NCBI RefSeq assembly: GCF_000315625.1
Contig: NW_005434614.1
Coordinates: 430,272-494,271 of the forward strand
Direction: 5' to 3'
From: Guillardia theta CCMP2712
Taxonomy: Eukaryota > Protista > Cryptophyta
DNA length: 64,000 bases
Position 1 is the stretch's first letter. Every line of letters starts with the position of its first letter. A program made the translations under genes and the position numbers. This document shows, in pieces, positions 38,601-52,080 of the stretch. The notes beneath the pieces are model-generated. The model was not told the origin of the DNA. It saw nothing but the letters and a program-made list of their open reading frames with translations, and ran no database searches.

Positions 38601-41600
38601 ACAAGCCCCAGAACGTTCTCGCCCGAAAGATCCGGCATGATACAGACAAGTTGGTTGAGGCCAAGGAGAAAGGCTCGTGAAGATAAGACAGACCAGCTTG
38701 CAGTCGAGAACTTGCAGGCAAGCTTGTCATGCTGCGAGTAGATCACCTGTCAACAAAAATCAGTGAGGCAGCAGTGAACTGAAGCACTTGACCTCCATCG
38801 GACAAGAACCTGGTTGAAAACTCTTGTACCTGAACGGAGAGAGTTAGAGAGATCAGCTAGCGATTGAATAAGAACATCAACTCGTTCCATCCTCCAACTT
38901 CACCAACTTGCTCCCTCCATCTCTCCCCCATCAATCCCCTCTCCCTCCCTTCCCCCCTCCCCTCCTCTCTCCCTCTCTACGCGTCTCTGTCATCGAATCA
39001 TTCCAATCTTCCAGCAGCATCTACATTTGTGTCTCTTGCCACGCATATTCGAGAATATTTGGAAGCAATTTACCAGAAGCTTCCTTCAAACAAGGCCCCT
39101 CCTCCTCCAGTGTTTGCAAAAGTGTCGGCAAAGCAACTCTTCCTTCTCCTGGGCTCTGACACAAACGAATGGTTGAAAGCAGAAGAGACCGTGACGGTCA
39201 CAGGGCTGGTGATGAAGACAGCAGACGGAAAGACGTTTTGAAGAGAAGGAGAGGTGAAGTAATAGAAGCTGATTCCCTGGTTTGACCAAACCCTGCCGTC
39301 AAACGTGACCTCCAGCGGCACTGAGCCGTTGTACTGCAAGGGAGGGGAAGAACAGGTCCAAAACCCGGCCTGCACTAGGGTGGCAGGGACGACCTGGAGG
39401 TCAAACTTGCAGAAGATGTTGTTGCCGGCGTTGGAGATGTCAGACTGTATGCTGTCGAGGTGAAGGAACTGGAGGGTTACTTGAGTTCCTCCTGCCATGG
39501 GTCCGCTCTTGGGGGTGATGGAGAGGATGGTGACCTGGGGGCCGCATGCAAACCCTGTGAAGCCGATGCCCGTGCAGTTGCAAGCCGAGAGCATGCCGTT
39601 GGTGAGGGGGTCCTGGTACTGATAGCAGTTGCCTCTACCCGAGCAATCGAAGGGGCAGGAGGAGGAGGTGGACTGAAAGTACTGGAAGGACGGGAGGACT
39701 GTAAACTTGTAGTTGAGGAGCTTGAGGTAAACGGCGACGGTCTGGATGATGGAGCTGGGGGGAGGGCTGACTATGAGCTCGTTGTCGGAGGTCGACTGGA
39801 TTATGGTTCCGTCAATGGCTCCGAACAGGACGGACCATGCGGCAGACTGGCCGAGCTTGGAGGGCTGAAGGAGGTTAGAGCCGAAGATGGTGACAGGGGA
39901 GCTAGACTGTACAGCCATGGCTGAAGGAACGACGTTAGAGAAGACAGGCTGAGGATAGGTTTGAAAGAGGATGTCATTCACGCTGTCGAACTCCTCGCCG
40001 TTGTATGACAGGCGGAGGATGGAGGTTCCGATTGGAATGCCGGCCGGAGTGATACATAAGATGTTTGCTTTGCCGGAGTTTGAGAAGTATGCTCCCCGGA
40101 ACACAACGTCTGCTACCTTGCAGAAAATATCATGGCCTCCGTTCTTGGGCTCCAGGAACACACCATCCACCGTGATGGATGTCCCTCCAAAGACGGGCCC
40201 GGCCGATGGGTAGACGTTCTGGACGACAGGATATCTGTAGTAGGTGAAGAACTCGTAGCGGATCTCGTCCAGGCAGCCTCCAGCAGGGTTTGAGGAGTAC
40301 CAGCAGTTTGTGGTCCCTCGCTTGACGCAGTAGGAGTTGCCGTTGGCTGCGATGTACACTTGGGATCCAACGTCGCAGTCCCAGGAGCAGTAGGACACGT
40401 CGCCGCACCGTCCCGGCTTCCAGATGCAGAGCTCGCAGCTCACAAAATCTTTGCTGTTCATGGTGAGGGTAAGCTGGGGGGCGTCGGCGAAGCGCTCTGG
40501 GGCAGGGCAGATGATTTCGGTGGCGGTGACGAACACAGCTTCTGTGTAGAGGAACTCAAACTTGCATCGGAGGTCGGGATGGTCGACGAAGCCTTTGCCG
40601 TACACGTGAATTTGGGTGCCTCCGTTGAGGTTCCCAGCCTTGGGGTAAAAGTCTTGGAAGAGGAAGGGGCGGTAGTAGAAGAAGGTCAGCTCCTGCGAGT
40701 TCGGTTCCCCCGGATTCATCTGAATGCCAACAGTCGTCTGAAGAACTTGAGGAGAGCGGCCGAACAACCTGAACTCGCTGATCCCAACCACCTTGCTCCC
40801 GTCTGGACGGCCCACAACATCTCGAACTACCAGTCGCACTCGGTTGACATCGGCAGGCTCGTCCCTGCTCAAGTAAACTGAAGGCATCTCGAAGAACTAG
40901 GAGCAAGTCAGCACCAAGACAAGTCAGCGCCTCCTCACCTTCTCCTCCCCAGCAGTCCAGGAGACCTCCTGCTTCACGTCATCCAGCACCTGCCACGTCT
41001 CGCCGTCTACGGAGCCCAGCACCTGCCAGCTCGACGGGGCGTCATAGACCGAGAAAAGCTCGTGCTGAACTTGCTCGCTAAGGTCGACGAGGCCGCTGCT
41101 GAGCTTGATGCTGTAACCCGCCACCACCTGCCTCGGCTCGACGTTGATGCGGAAACCTGTTGACCCTTGCGTGAAGCGATACTGCAGCCACTGGGGCATG
41201 CCCGGGGAGGAGAACCAGCTCTTATAGTCACTCTGACCGTCAACTGCGTTGATCGCCTGCCCTGTGAGGACTCGAGAGCCATTGAGAGTCGAGACGAAGA
41301 AGCTGCTCTCCGACGACGATGTCACCAGCCCCCCAGCTGAGCTGATAGGCCTCGCGCTGAAGTCAACGCCAAAAGCAGGAAAATGCAAGAGCGCAGGAGC
41401 TGAGCAGACAAGAGAACCATCGTAGCACTTCCCCGTGCTTGGGTTGCAGGAGCTTGTAGAGTCCCAGGCAGCTGTCACCGTGACGTTGCCGAACATGCAC
41501 ATGTAGGTCTGATTGCCGGGAGGAGGACGGAGAAACGTTCCCATGACCGAGACTGTCGTCCCTCCTTCCGTGGGGCCGCTGGAGGGGTAGACCCACTCAG

Positions 41601-44600
41601 CACGACCGTATCGGAACCTGGGAACGGCGAAGGTGTGAACAATCTGACGGTTGAGAGAAAGCTTGAGGGGAAGGGTCTCGGGGAGAGGATGAGGAGGGGA
41701 GAGACAGACGAGCTGAGACTGACTGATCAGAGTGGCAGGGGTCAGAGGATAGTTTCCGAACCCACAGGCCAGCAGGGACTTGAGCTGCGTCTGCTGAGCT
41801 GACAAAGCGGTTACAGCGAACATGCCCGAGCCGAAACGATCCCCGAGGACTGTGACAAGCGCTCCTCCTCCAGCTGACCCGATGGTGGGGAAGATTGACA
41901 AGGGATAGGGAGAGCAGAAGTCGTTGACGAGGTTGTATCGCTCAAGTCGGACTAGGGTGTTGGTGAAATCTCTGCCGTTCAGAGAGACTTCCAGTGGGAG
42001 AAAGGGAGTCTCCCCAGAGCTCTGACGGATTACGTCAGGAAGGGAGCAGAGAATGGTAGAGGAGCTGACGACTATTCCTTGGAAGACGTTGAGCGATCCG
42101 AGTTTGCAGCGAGGAAACCTGACTCCTCCCTCCGCAAGCTTGCTCTCGTCAAAGGCGAAGTTCACTCCTGTGACTGTGATGACGACCGGGTTGACCATCC
42201 TGCCTCCTTGGAAGATGCTCTCCCACTGCAAACACCCCGGCTCTGACTGGATCGCTGTTCCATCACGTCAGGAGCATTGCAAAAGCAGATCAAGAGCAAC
42301 CTGCTGGATTTTCGTCGCAGAAGTCGCAGGAAATGGAAGCGCCTCCTGGAAGCACCTTGATGCACTGCGGCAACGTGCAACGAGCGGGACGTCCGAAGGG
42401 ATTGACGTTTGCGATGGCATGGAAAGTGAACAAGTTGACGGTGCGGGAGAAATCTTGGCCATTGAGAGAATACTCGACCTGGGACGTAATCGTCAACAAA
42501 GTTAGAATTACAATCATGCCAATTGATTCACAAAGACAAGCAACAATGTCATCGTCAAAATTCAACTTATCATTACAATCATCGCTATCTTCTACCATCT
42601 GCATCATCGAAACATCCGAAAGCACCTGAACAGCACCAGCGATGCCCGCATCAGAGATATTGGGCCAGGAAGGTACGGTACAAGTCATCCGAGTAGCGTT
42701 GAGGATCTATCAAAACGCGTCAGCAAATTCCAGTTCAACTTCATCTTGATTCCTACCTGCCCCGGAACTTGATGACTCCCAAAGCGACAGGAGGGGCCCA
42801 GCAAGGTGTACGATCTCAACTGCTGAGGACTGATGTAGCTGGGGTCAAACTGCGCTGGCGACAGGTCGATGACAAGTTCGTATCCTCCATCAGCCGGGCC
42901 GGCAGCTGGGGTTATGCTGATGAGAGGATAGAGGGAGTAGTAGTTGAACTTGTTGGCATTGTGTGTCCATCCGTTCACACAGCCTGCGGGTCCGTAAGGG
43001 TTCAGTTGACTTGCAATGCAAACTTCAAGGAAGGAGAAGAATCTTCCCTGAGGAGCAAAACACGTCACAAAAGACCCACTGGCATCGAGAGTAGCAGCTA
43101 CTTCGAGCATGTTGAAGCTGAAACGACAGACAGAGGTGCGAGAGTGGTTCAGGTTGGTCCCAAACACAGTGACCAAAGTCCCTCCCTCCAACGGCCCCCC
43201 GCACGGCTCGATGGAAGAGATTTGATAGAGCAACAAGGAAGTAGACGATAAGATCGACTGCTGACCGTTGGGACTGACCTTGACCATCGTTTCTGACAAG
43301 GAGGAAGAAGGTTGAATGTCTTGAGGGACTGAGCAGGTGATGGAGCTGCTGTTCACATACTTGGCTGGTAGCTGCTGGTTGTAGCCCACTAGCCCGCAAC
43401 TCAGGGTGTCCATGTGGAAGAAGCCTGAGCCAAAGATGGTGATGTTGAACCCTCCGGCTGCTGACCCGAAAGTGGGAAGGATGAAAGAGAGCACAGGATC
43501 AAGGTAGAAGTAGAAGACGATGCCGGCATATGCCTCGAAGAACTTCGTGCTGGAGGAGGAGACGGAGACGTTGGCGGCAAGCAGACCTCGAGCATCTGAG
43601 CTGAGATTGAGACCTTGGACTGAGCCTGTTGTGCACACAACGACATCTCCATGTACAGTCCCTGACAGCACAAGGTCTCTCTCGCCGATCTGAAGCTGGC
43701 AGACTGGGGAGGAGATTAGGCCAAGGAAAGGGCCAGATAGGGATATAATCGTGTTCCCTTGGACTGGCCCTGAACTCGGGTGAACTCGATCGATCCCGAA
43801 GAAGCCAAGGGAGAGGAAGGAAGAGAATCGCTCTCTGTCGTTAGAGACATCCACCAGCAGCAGCAGGCCCCGCGAGTTTTGTTGCTCGGGGGTTGAGCAT
43901 GTCAACAAAGTTGAGGACAGGAAGGTCGCAGCGGAGACAAGGGTCTTGTTGAACCTGCAAGATAAAGTCTTCATGTTCTCAAAGTTTGCTCCAGCAATAG
44001 TCAAGAGACAAACAACTCCTGCCGGGCAGCTACGAGGAGCAACGCTTAGCAGGGAAGCAGCATCGTAGACGAGGAAAGATACGTTGGCAGGAAACCATTG
44101 CTGCCTGTTCTGACTGGACTTCACTGACAAGGTGGAGGGGGAATTGAACATCGTAGTCTGAAAGAACATGAAGCTCGAGTTGATCAGTCTTGGAGCTATT
44201 AGAACATTCCCAATGACAATCTCAACGGCCTCGTCAAAGTTGGATCCAACGACTGTCACGACAGCAGTCTTGCTAACACGAACGTAGGAAGGCAGCAATG
44301 AATCGATCTGTGCTGGAGCATAAGTTTGAAACACGACCGGGGCAGACCACGTGCTGTTCGATCCCGCAGAGATACTGAAGTTGTACAGGCAGACACTTAG
44401 GCCAGGAGGAGTGACGCAAACCACGAAGGAGGCGTTCAGCACAGATCCCGCAAAGATCGTCTCCGAGGTGGAGCAGGAGGATTGAAGCCTGCAGCTCACT
44501 TGAAGGAGGCTGTCGAGGTTGTAGCCCGAGATAAGAGCCCTCGTTCCTCCTCCAGCTGGACCCGAGCCCGGTGAGACCGCTGAGATGGTGAAGACATGCA

Positions 44601-47600
44601 CGTGGAGCGAGTCAGGGAAGGAAAAGAAACTCTGACCGTCGAAGGAGAGAGAGAAGGTCAGAGAGTCGTTGAAAGTCAACTGCCTCGTAACGGAGATAAC
44701 AACATACGCGCACTTGTCTCTCGGATTGACAATCACATTTTCTTGCCCGGGTGCGCTTATCTTGTAGGGCAACGAGGTCGAGTTTTGACCACAGCCGTTG
44801 TAGAAATGACAATCAACAGCAGACGAGTTCACATCACTTGCCTTGCACTGGAGCAGTCCTGAGTTGACAAACCCGAGCCCTCGAACGCTGATGTCAAACC
44901 TGACAGGACGAGGATACAGAGGGAGCGCAAGAGGTCTGACATCGTTGACAGCGGGAGGAGGAGTGAAGAGGAAAGGAGGAGCCGAGGAGTCCAAGAAGGA
45001 GTACCCTCCGTCAAGCGAGACGTTGAAGTTCGCGCTGCTGTAGATCCCGATGTCGGCAGAGAACAAAAAGTCAATCTGCGAGAAGTCGAGGGAGAGTTGC
45101 GGGGAGACGCAATGGATGCGAGAAGAGGAAGAAAATGACCCTTGGGTGAGCTGAGAAATGACAGCACTGCTGAACTTGCACAGGATACCTCTAGATGCAA
45201 TGAAACCCTGGCCTACCACCTGCAGTGTGATGGCTCCCAGCACGTTGGTCATGGTCGGGACGAGGGACGTGACAGTCGCCTGAGATGAGAAGAGAGAGAA
45301 GCGTATGTCGTCCGAAGTCAGTACAGTGTTGGACATGCCGATCGGAACTTGTCCGAGGTCAAGAAACAGGCGCAGCTCGCTGGCTGCTGTCTGTAGCGAC
45401 GGCTGAGAGCATATGACGGAAGAAGCGGAGGAGGAGATCTGAGAGGAGGAGAGGACAGTGCTGCTATCATCGACCTTGTACAGGCAGAGGATGCTGTTGT
45501 CAAGCCGGAAAGAGAAGAGATTGAATCCAAACAGAGTGATCCGTCGGGAGCTCGAAGAAGCCACAGGCCCGGCAGCAGGAAGAATCGAGTTGATGCCATA
45601 GAAGAGGAAGCGCATAAAACTGGCGACAGAGAGAAACTGCTGGTTGTTGAGACTGACCTCGACGACCAGCTCAGCTGCTGCTGAGACAGGGAGAGGAGGA
45701 ATAATGCACATTACCGCTTGCATAGTGAAGTTGTACCTCCCCTGTACGGTCCCAGCTTGTCCGAACCTGCAGCTCAGGTCCGGATGGGCGAAGAATTTTG
45801 CGCCTGCTATGTAGAGCGTGTAACCTCCAGCTCGAGGAGAGGCTGAGGGGGCCATGCTCAGGGGGACGGGGTTGTCGTAGTAGCGGAAGACGAGGAGGTC
45901 CTCAGTGAAGCTGTTGGTCATGTCGTTGAGGCGGATCTCGATGGAGATGTCCATGCTCTGCAGGTTGGCGGGCTTGGCAGGGGAGAGGCACCTGAGGGAG
46001 GCCTGGTCGACCAGGCTCGCGGCTACCAGGATCTCACCCATGAAGAGACAAGCCATCTCGATCCCGTCATTCATCGCCGTGTTGAGGTTGGGGCCGAGGA
46101 TCAGAATGCTCGTTGAACCATCGACGGGGCCATGGGAGGGGCGGAGCTCAAAGATGGAGTAAAACATGAAGTCGACATCTTGACTTGTGAACTGCTGCTC
46201 ATTGAAGGTGATGGAGACTGCCAGTGAGAACTCGGAGATGTTGAGCTCATTCAGCTGCTTGTCCGGGTACACCTGCAGCAGCCCAGGAGCGTCGCACCTG
46301 TACCGCGGGCCAGCACGGAAAGCAGCAACAACACACTTGCGGTAAGTTGGCATCGTCTTGCTAGTGAAGCAGCAGGTTGGGGAGGAGGAGCGCCCGTAGC
46401 TCTGAGGAGGAAAGAAAGATCCAATGAGCGTGACGGCTACGTTGCCCATGACAGGTCCGCTCTGAGGGCGGATGCGATCGAGATGCGGCTCATGGTAGAA
46501 GACGAAACGAAGCTTGTCTTGCGAGTAGATCTTCCCGTCGAAAGAGACGTTGAAGGTTGAGAGGGACTGCGAGACCTCGCTCGGCATGCTGATTGCAGGA
46601 GAACGACAGAAAATCTGTTGCGTCGTCACAGACTCGTTGCTAAGGAGGTTGGCGGGGAGCAAGGAGACGACAGACTGTGAGAACATGCAGGTCGCGTTGA
46701 CGAAAAGATCAACTGGCACGGAATGCGACAACGTGACATTCAAGACTGCACCTCCTAGCATGGATCCACCTGAAGGAACAAAATTGACGATGGCAACGAA
46801 ATGAACAACATCTTCAGTCTCAAACGACTGCATGTTGTTGCTGATAGCAAGAAGAGTTCTTCCTGCGGGAACGAGACTGGGCGAAAGGCAAACTATCAAT
46901 GTCGAAGATCTCCAGGCAGCTGGAAACATAAGATGGGTTGCTGTTGTATTGTAGAGCTTGCAGGAGAGAAGAGAATGATTGTAGAAGTTCTTCCCCACGA
47001 TCTCAATCGGGAACGAAATCGAGACTGGCCCGATGGGTGGAGAGATTTTGAAAGTTTGAATGTCTGGCAGGAAGAGGAAAGAAAGGTTCTGTGCACGTTG
47101 ATCGGCATGAAGAATCACTTGCAAGGACGAGGGAACGACATGAGTCAAACTTGTAGGAGCGATTGTGAAATTCATCTGCGTGAGGGGAGGGAGTTTGCAC
47201 GTGAAAGTAGACCCGACCTGGTCTGTTGGAATCATCAATGTTCTCCCCATCACTAACAACAGGCAGTACGACCCGCTGCGGATATTGAGCCCTGCTATTG
47301 AGATCGTTGCGCTATGCGAGGAGGGGCCGAGACTGGGAGAGATGCTTTCAGTGACGTAGAACAAAACTTTCACGGTCTCTGCACTGTCTGTCGTCCCCGA
47401 GTGATACTGATTGCCGTTGAGAGACAGGTAGACTGGTAAACCTTGCAGGTTGAAAGGACATGGAGGGACTGTACACGTGAGTAGGCTGGAGGATAAAACC
47501 TGACCAACGACGTCTGATTCAAAGTCTCCAAACTTGCATCGAGGGGATCCATTAGCAAAGTTTGCTCCTATGATAGTGATTTTGGACGAGCTGTCCGGCG

Positions 47601-48861
47601 GAACGAGCGAAGGAGAGACTGCGCTGATGATCGGATTAGGAAAGAACGCGAAAGGAAATATCGGGCTGACTTCATGACCGTCAAAAATGAGAGAGAAGCT
47701 GGTAAGAATCGTTGAGTCATTCGCTACTCGAATCCTGGGTGTGAGACACAAGATGTTGCCATCATCGATCAGATGTAAAGATGGAAATGAAACGTAGATG
47801 AAGCCATCGCTCGAAAAGACTCCGCCATCGAAGATCCCAGCCATGAAAGGTGCAGGACCAAACTTAACCCTAGTGAATGAGAATGCATTCGAGAAATTTC
47901 TGCCATGGACAAGGATGATTGTTCCTCCTTCAAACGAGGCAGAGGAGATGGAGATTCTGTCAACCACAGGGAAGTTTGAGTACATGAAGACTCTGCTCTC
48001 ACTCGAGAAGGTTTCGCTGTCCAGGGAGATCTCAAGGTATACAAGACAGAGCGAAGGGCTCGACGAACAACTCGCGATTTCTTCTCGTTTGGGGGAGGGA
48101 CATGATATTCTTGACTGCTGCATATTCGATTGTGCTGGCACGTCGCATGCAGTGATGTTATTGTAGAGGCATTCAGATGCACAAGTCGTGTCACAAGATG
48201 CGCAGACTCCGTCTAGTGTACAGAACCCTTGATTGATCCCTCCACTAGCGTATAGCAAGCAAGTGCTCGATTGAGCGTTGACTGGGGAGGACGAAGATAG
48301 CAAGGTTCTCCTAGATCTGCAAATCACCAAAGACGCGTCGCCCCCGACCTTCTCAAGGACCTCTACATCCAACGCTCCCGCATCGACTTGCTGCTCGAAA
48401 CGACAAGATGCCTGATGCCTCGATGAGTCGAAGGTCGGAGGAAAGTTTGCAACGACAACTTCGACAGGCGTGCCTCCGAGCAGCGCTCCTCCTGTAGGCC
48501 AGAAGGAGAGAATGGCGTAGAAGTAGAAGTCTGATTCCAGCAGAATACCAACTTCATGAAGCACCTGAAGCTTCGATGGAGTCGGAATGTCCACCCTTGG
48601 TGACAAACACTGAAACTCATCCACACCCGGCAGAGAGTGAGCTCGTGAGGAGATAGTGCGCGAAGAAAGGATGAAGAAGCACGTCACCGAGGTGTTGACT
48701 GACTGACCGAGACTAGAACGAAACCCTGTCAAACGCAATCGCTTTCCTCCTCCTACCGGAGCAAAGTTTCCATTCACCACTTCAACTTGCGATGCCCCAG
48801 GCAAAGACAAGAGCAACAAACTGAATGTGGTATACAAATACGGGCGAGCGGCAGCAACCAT
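31405..48861 (-). CDS. Giant type-I membrane protein (~5,000 aa): signal peptide, many IPT/TIG repeats, F5/8-C (discoidin)-like domain, RCC1 repeats, EF-hand-like loop, EGF-like repeats, TM helix, basic tail
   Basis: ORFs of 2058, 435, 605 and 885 aa join via short GT-AG introns (e.g. VPGQ|ILNAT, AGEEK|FFEMP); repeated P..GP..GGT.V.I.G..F, C.F, C.SP and VS.NGQ.FS motifs; RCC1 motifs YTWGDNYLGQLG and AAGLYHSLALADDGRLYAWGWNHYGQ; YDLNGDGLFSLQEL; CSGHG.C...C.C..GW.G..C; TM WVVACLALLALFVTLTVICIA followed by RAKRRKRR. Confidence 0.8.
32187..32339. repeat. 53-bp minisatellite, ~3 copies, intronic
   Basis: GAGGAGACTGAGAAG(A/G)AGAGCAACAGCAGCACAATCAAGAAGCATGTAGGACT with period 53. Confidence 0.9.
32555..32692. 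repeat. (CAG)n tract of ~45 units, intronic
   Basis: Lies between EGF exons, inside a minus-strand GTAAG..AG intron. Confidence 0.9.
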
Positions 48862-49168
48862 TGCAGATCTTCACGGCATGGCGCAGCAGAACATATTTCT
48901 TCTTCCACAGAACAGTACACCTACTGAGAGAGCGTAGTGTTCGTAGTGCTACTCCTGCTGCTCACCGCTTTCACGTTGCGGAGCCTTAGCATGCAGGGCT
49001 TGGGACATCGGCGAAGAAGGTGATAGGGTTCGCGACGGAGGTAACATATCAGTCTCAATGTCCAGCCTCTCTCCCTGCTTTCAGCATCAAGATCATGCAT
49101 GCGGCTCGGGTTGGCGTGGTGACCGTTTGACCCACTTGTCAAACATCGGTCAAATATTTTTTGTATGA

Positions 49169-51272
49169 CATTCTGGGGTCAAACCGCGGTAGTCGAACTT
49201 AACGCAAAAGAGGAATGCGTATGCTGTTCTCATAGGATACCGGTGGTAGTGTACCCCTTGGTTTTTGAGGGGTGTTGCTCGGTAATATCAGTGGTAGGGG
49301 TGCTTCATATTTTGAACTGGCGTGTCCATTTGTTTTAACGACAATGAATTGTTTATTCGAATACATAGTACAAACAGTTGTACTGTGTAACGGTTCATAA
49401 CTGCTAATTTGTATCATCTAAAACAATTTTGATGACCCACCCTCATCGACAGGGTGGGGAAACGCTCCCCATCATTCCCATCGTCAATCGCACACCGACA
49501 TGCTGAGCCGCCGGGCGAGCACAGCAGCAAGGTCAACGAGCTGCCGCCATGAGCACAGATGAAGGACCGCCGAGTAAGAAGATGATCGCAAGGTACACTT
49601 GGCATCAAGAATCCAGCACAAATTCTTACTTGGTGATCTTGCAGAAGTGGATCAATCAGCATGAGTTCGTCATCCTACATTTCCGACGACTAAGTCAATC
49701 GTATCATCAATGTTCTCTTCAAGACTTCTGGGCTCTCAGAGTAATGTACTTTATCTAAAGACTCTCATGAACTGAATGATAATATCTGTAAGATCATGAC
49801 GAGTCCGCTTAATTAAGGCGCAATCACATCTCACTTGACCCCCTCCTTGGCACGTCTTCTGTACGCTTCGTTACATCGTTGCTTCACATCTTCAGAACTT
49901 GAAGTTTGATGATATTTGATTCTTTAAAATATGCCAATTAGTTGACTCTGAGTCACGAAGCTCTTGTTGAAGTATCTTCCCTCCTCTCTCCAAACTCTCC
50001 TCACTCAGGTCCTTTGGATGTTTGCACATTTGCTGAAATGCATGAACTTTGCTTTGCTTCCCTAAAGGCGGAGCTTGACGTCCAATTAAGCCTCAGATCA
50101 TATCAGGGATCAAGTCTTGAGCTTGTAAGCTGGCATGCAAGAATCTATTGTGCGTTGCAACCAGACTGACATGGCCGCGTTGAATGTAGAATCAAGGTTG
50201 GAGGTGTTATGTGATTTGACATTTCTTATTCATTAGAAGCATTTATCTCAGCATGTCGAACTACCAGCAAATTGACACGGACTCCCAGTCAATGATAATG
50301 ACAACCACAATAGCATATGGAATGTCTCCAACTGCGCGCACAACAGAATGGAAGCACATCATGCTGCAGGTGCACTGCCATCCAACACCGTGCCGTTGGA
50401 TTTGCTGTCTTCAAGAGTTGTCTACATTGTTTGTCATAAAGCGGCAAGGCTTTGAGCATGTGGACATGGATATATACAAGACTATGCATCTTTACAAAGT
50501 GTTTTTAAGTCATGCAACAAGAGATGCATCATTCAAAGGCGGAGAAGTTCAAACATGATGTGAAAAAGTCATGTGGCACAGTGAAGCATCTCTCATAAAT
50601 ATGATATTCCATCCAGCACATGAAGATGAAGGTCTTCGTGGAATAAAGGTCTTGGAATCTTGTAATACGTTTCAGCTGCAACCATTCAGAACCTAGTTCT
50701 CAACATCGCCAAGCTTTTGCTACCTGTTCACAACGATTAGAAAATGAACAATCCACAGAAGAACTCTCTACCTGTGTGATGGAATGGGTTCATTTTCACC
50801 TTCTTCTCTCACAAAATACTTTCGAGTCTCTTCATGCTCGTGTGTGTTCGTGGTATACTCGTCCCCTTCCATAGAAACAGACAACCGGCACAGAGGTTTT
50901 GACGAAGAGAGATGTTGATGAGGCTCACCTGCTGCGAGTGACTGCAACTTGGGCAAACATGCTCGCACAAAACTCAAACACTGAAGACAAGGATCGGCAG
51001 AGAAGAGCTTCGCGACATGAGAGAGGTATGGTGAGGGGAGACGCGCTGGGGTAGTGGGTGAAGGCGTGTAGAATTAAAACATTTTAGAAGGTACCAGGAA
51101 ACGATGAGCTAAACATCCAAAATCAATTTTAATCACGGTTTTGAATATGGTTTGAATTTGAACAGTACAAAATTTCAACCTGCGCGAATCACACACCGTG
51201 TACCCCCATTTTCCCATTCACCACCCCCTTGAGAATATAGGACGAAAACTACCGCGGTTTGACCCCAGAATG
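49169..51272. mobile_element. Putative non-autonomous DNA transposon (2104 bp) with 25-bp TIRs and 3-bp TGA TSD
   Basis: CATTCTGGGGTCAAACCGCGGTAGT at 49169-49193 and its exact reverse complement at 51248-51272; TGA immediately outside both ends (49166-49168 and 51273-51275). Confidence 0.75.
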
Positions 51273-51299
51273 TGAGCCCAGCCGCCGAGCACGGTTTCC

Positions 51300-52080
51300 A
51301 AGATTCTCTGGCAACTTGATCCGATCACTTCAAGTTCAAGTTATCCAAAAGGCTTGATCCGATCATCGGGCCCGCGCCCCGGCCGACCAGGGGATCAGCG
51401 GCCTACCAGCCTCCGGCTCGGAAAGTTTTCAACGGTTGCCACGGTTCTCGCTGTCAGTGGGGGGCGGCGGCGGCTGTCACAGGCTGTGCTGTACTATGAT
51501 GATGAGGGGAGGACAGGGCCACTGATGCCCGGCCACTGAAGCCTGACCGTACCCCGGGGTGAGAAGCCTGCCCGGCCGGAGTCAGAAAGATAGAGGCACT
51601 GTGAAGCGTGACACGGGAGAACAACTTGAGAGCGGGCGGCTCAGCCTGTGAGCCTTCAGAGGCGGCTCTAGCCTTCTAGCCTTCCGAAGTTCAAACTGCC
51701 TCCCGAGCCCGCCCGGCTGTTCAGTCCGATCACCACTGCGCCCGCGCGGGCCGCGCCCTCCCGGAGCCGCGTGACTGATCGGACCGCAGTGAGCGCCGGG
51801 CGGCCGGCCCCGGGACCGGGCCGCCCTCGGACCGGTTTAACTGGGGCCGGCCCAGGGGCCGCGACACGGTAGTACGGTCCCCGACCGGGGGCTAACGGCG
51901 GTGCCGGGCCGCCGGCCCCCCCGGCCGCCGCCGTCACGCTGCTCTGGCAGAGTCAGGCCCGGGCGTGATGGGCCGGGCTTAGTAACACACAAAGTTTTAA
52001 GTCACTAGTGAATGCCTTTGAGACAGGCAGGCGGGCCCGGTGAAGGGTAGAGGGTGACGGTGGCCTGGGGTGGGGTAGTA
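51300..52080. repeat. GC-rich, CCGG-rich non-coding block, probably an interspersed repeat
   Basis: Abrupt composition shift, no credible ORF; similar texture to 62320-63570. Confidence 0.45.
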
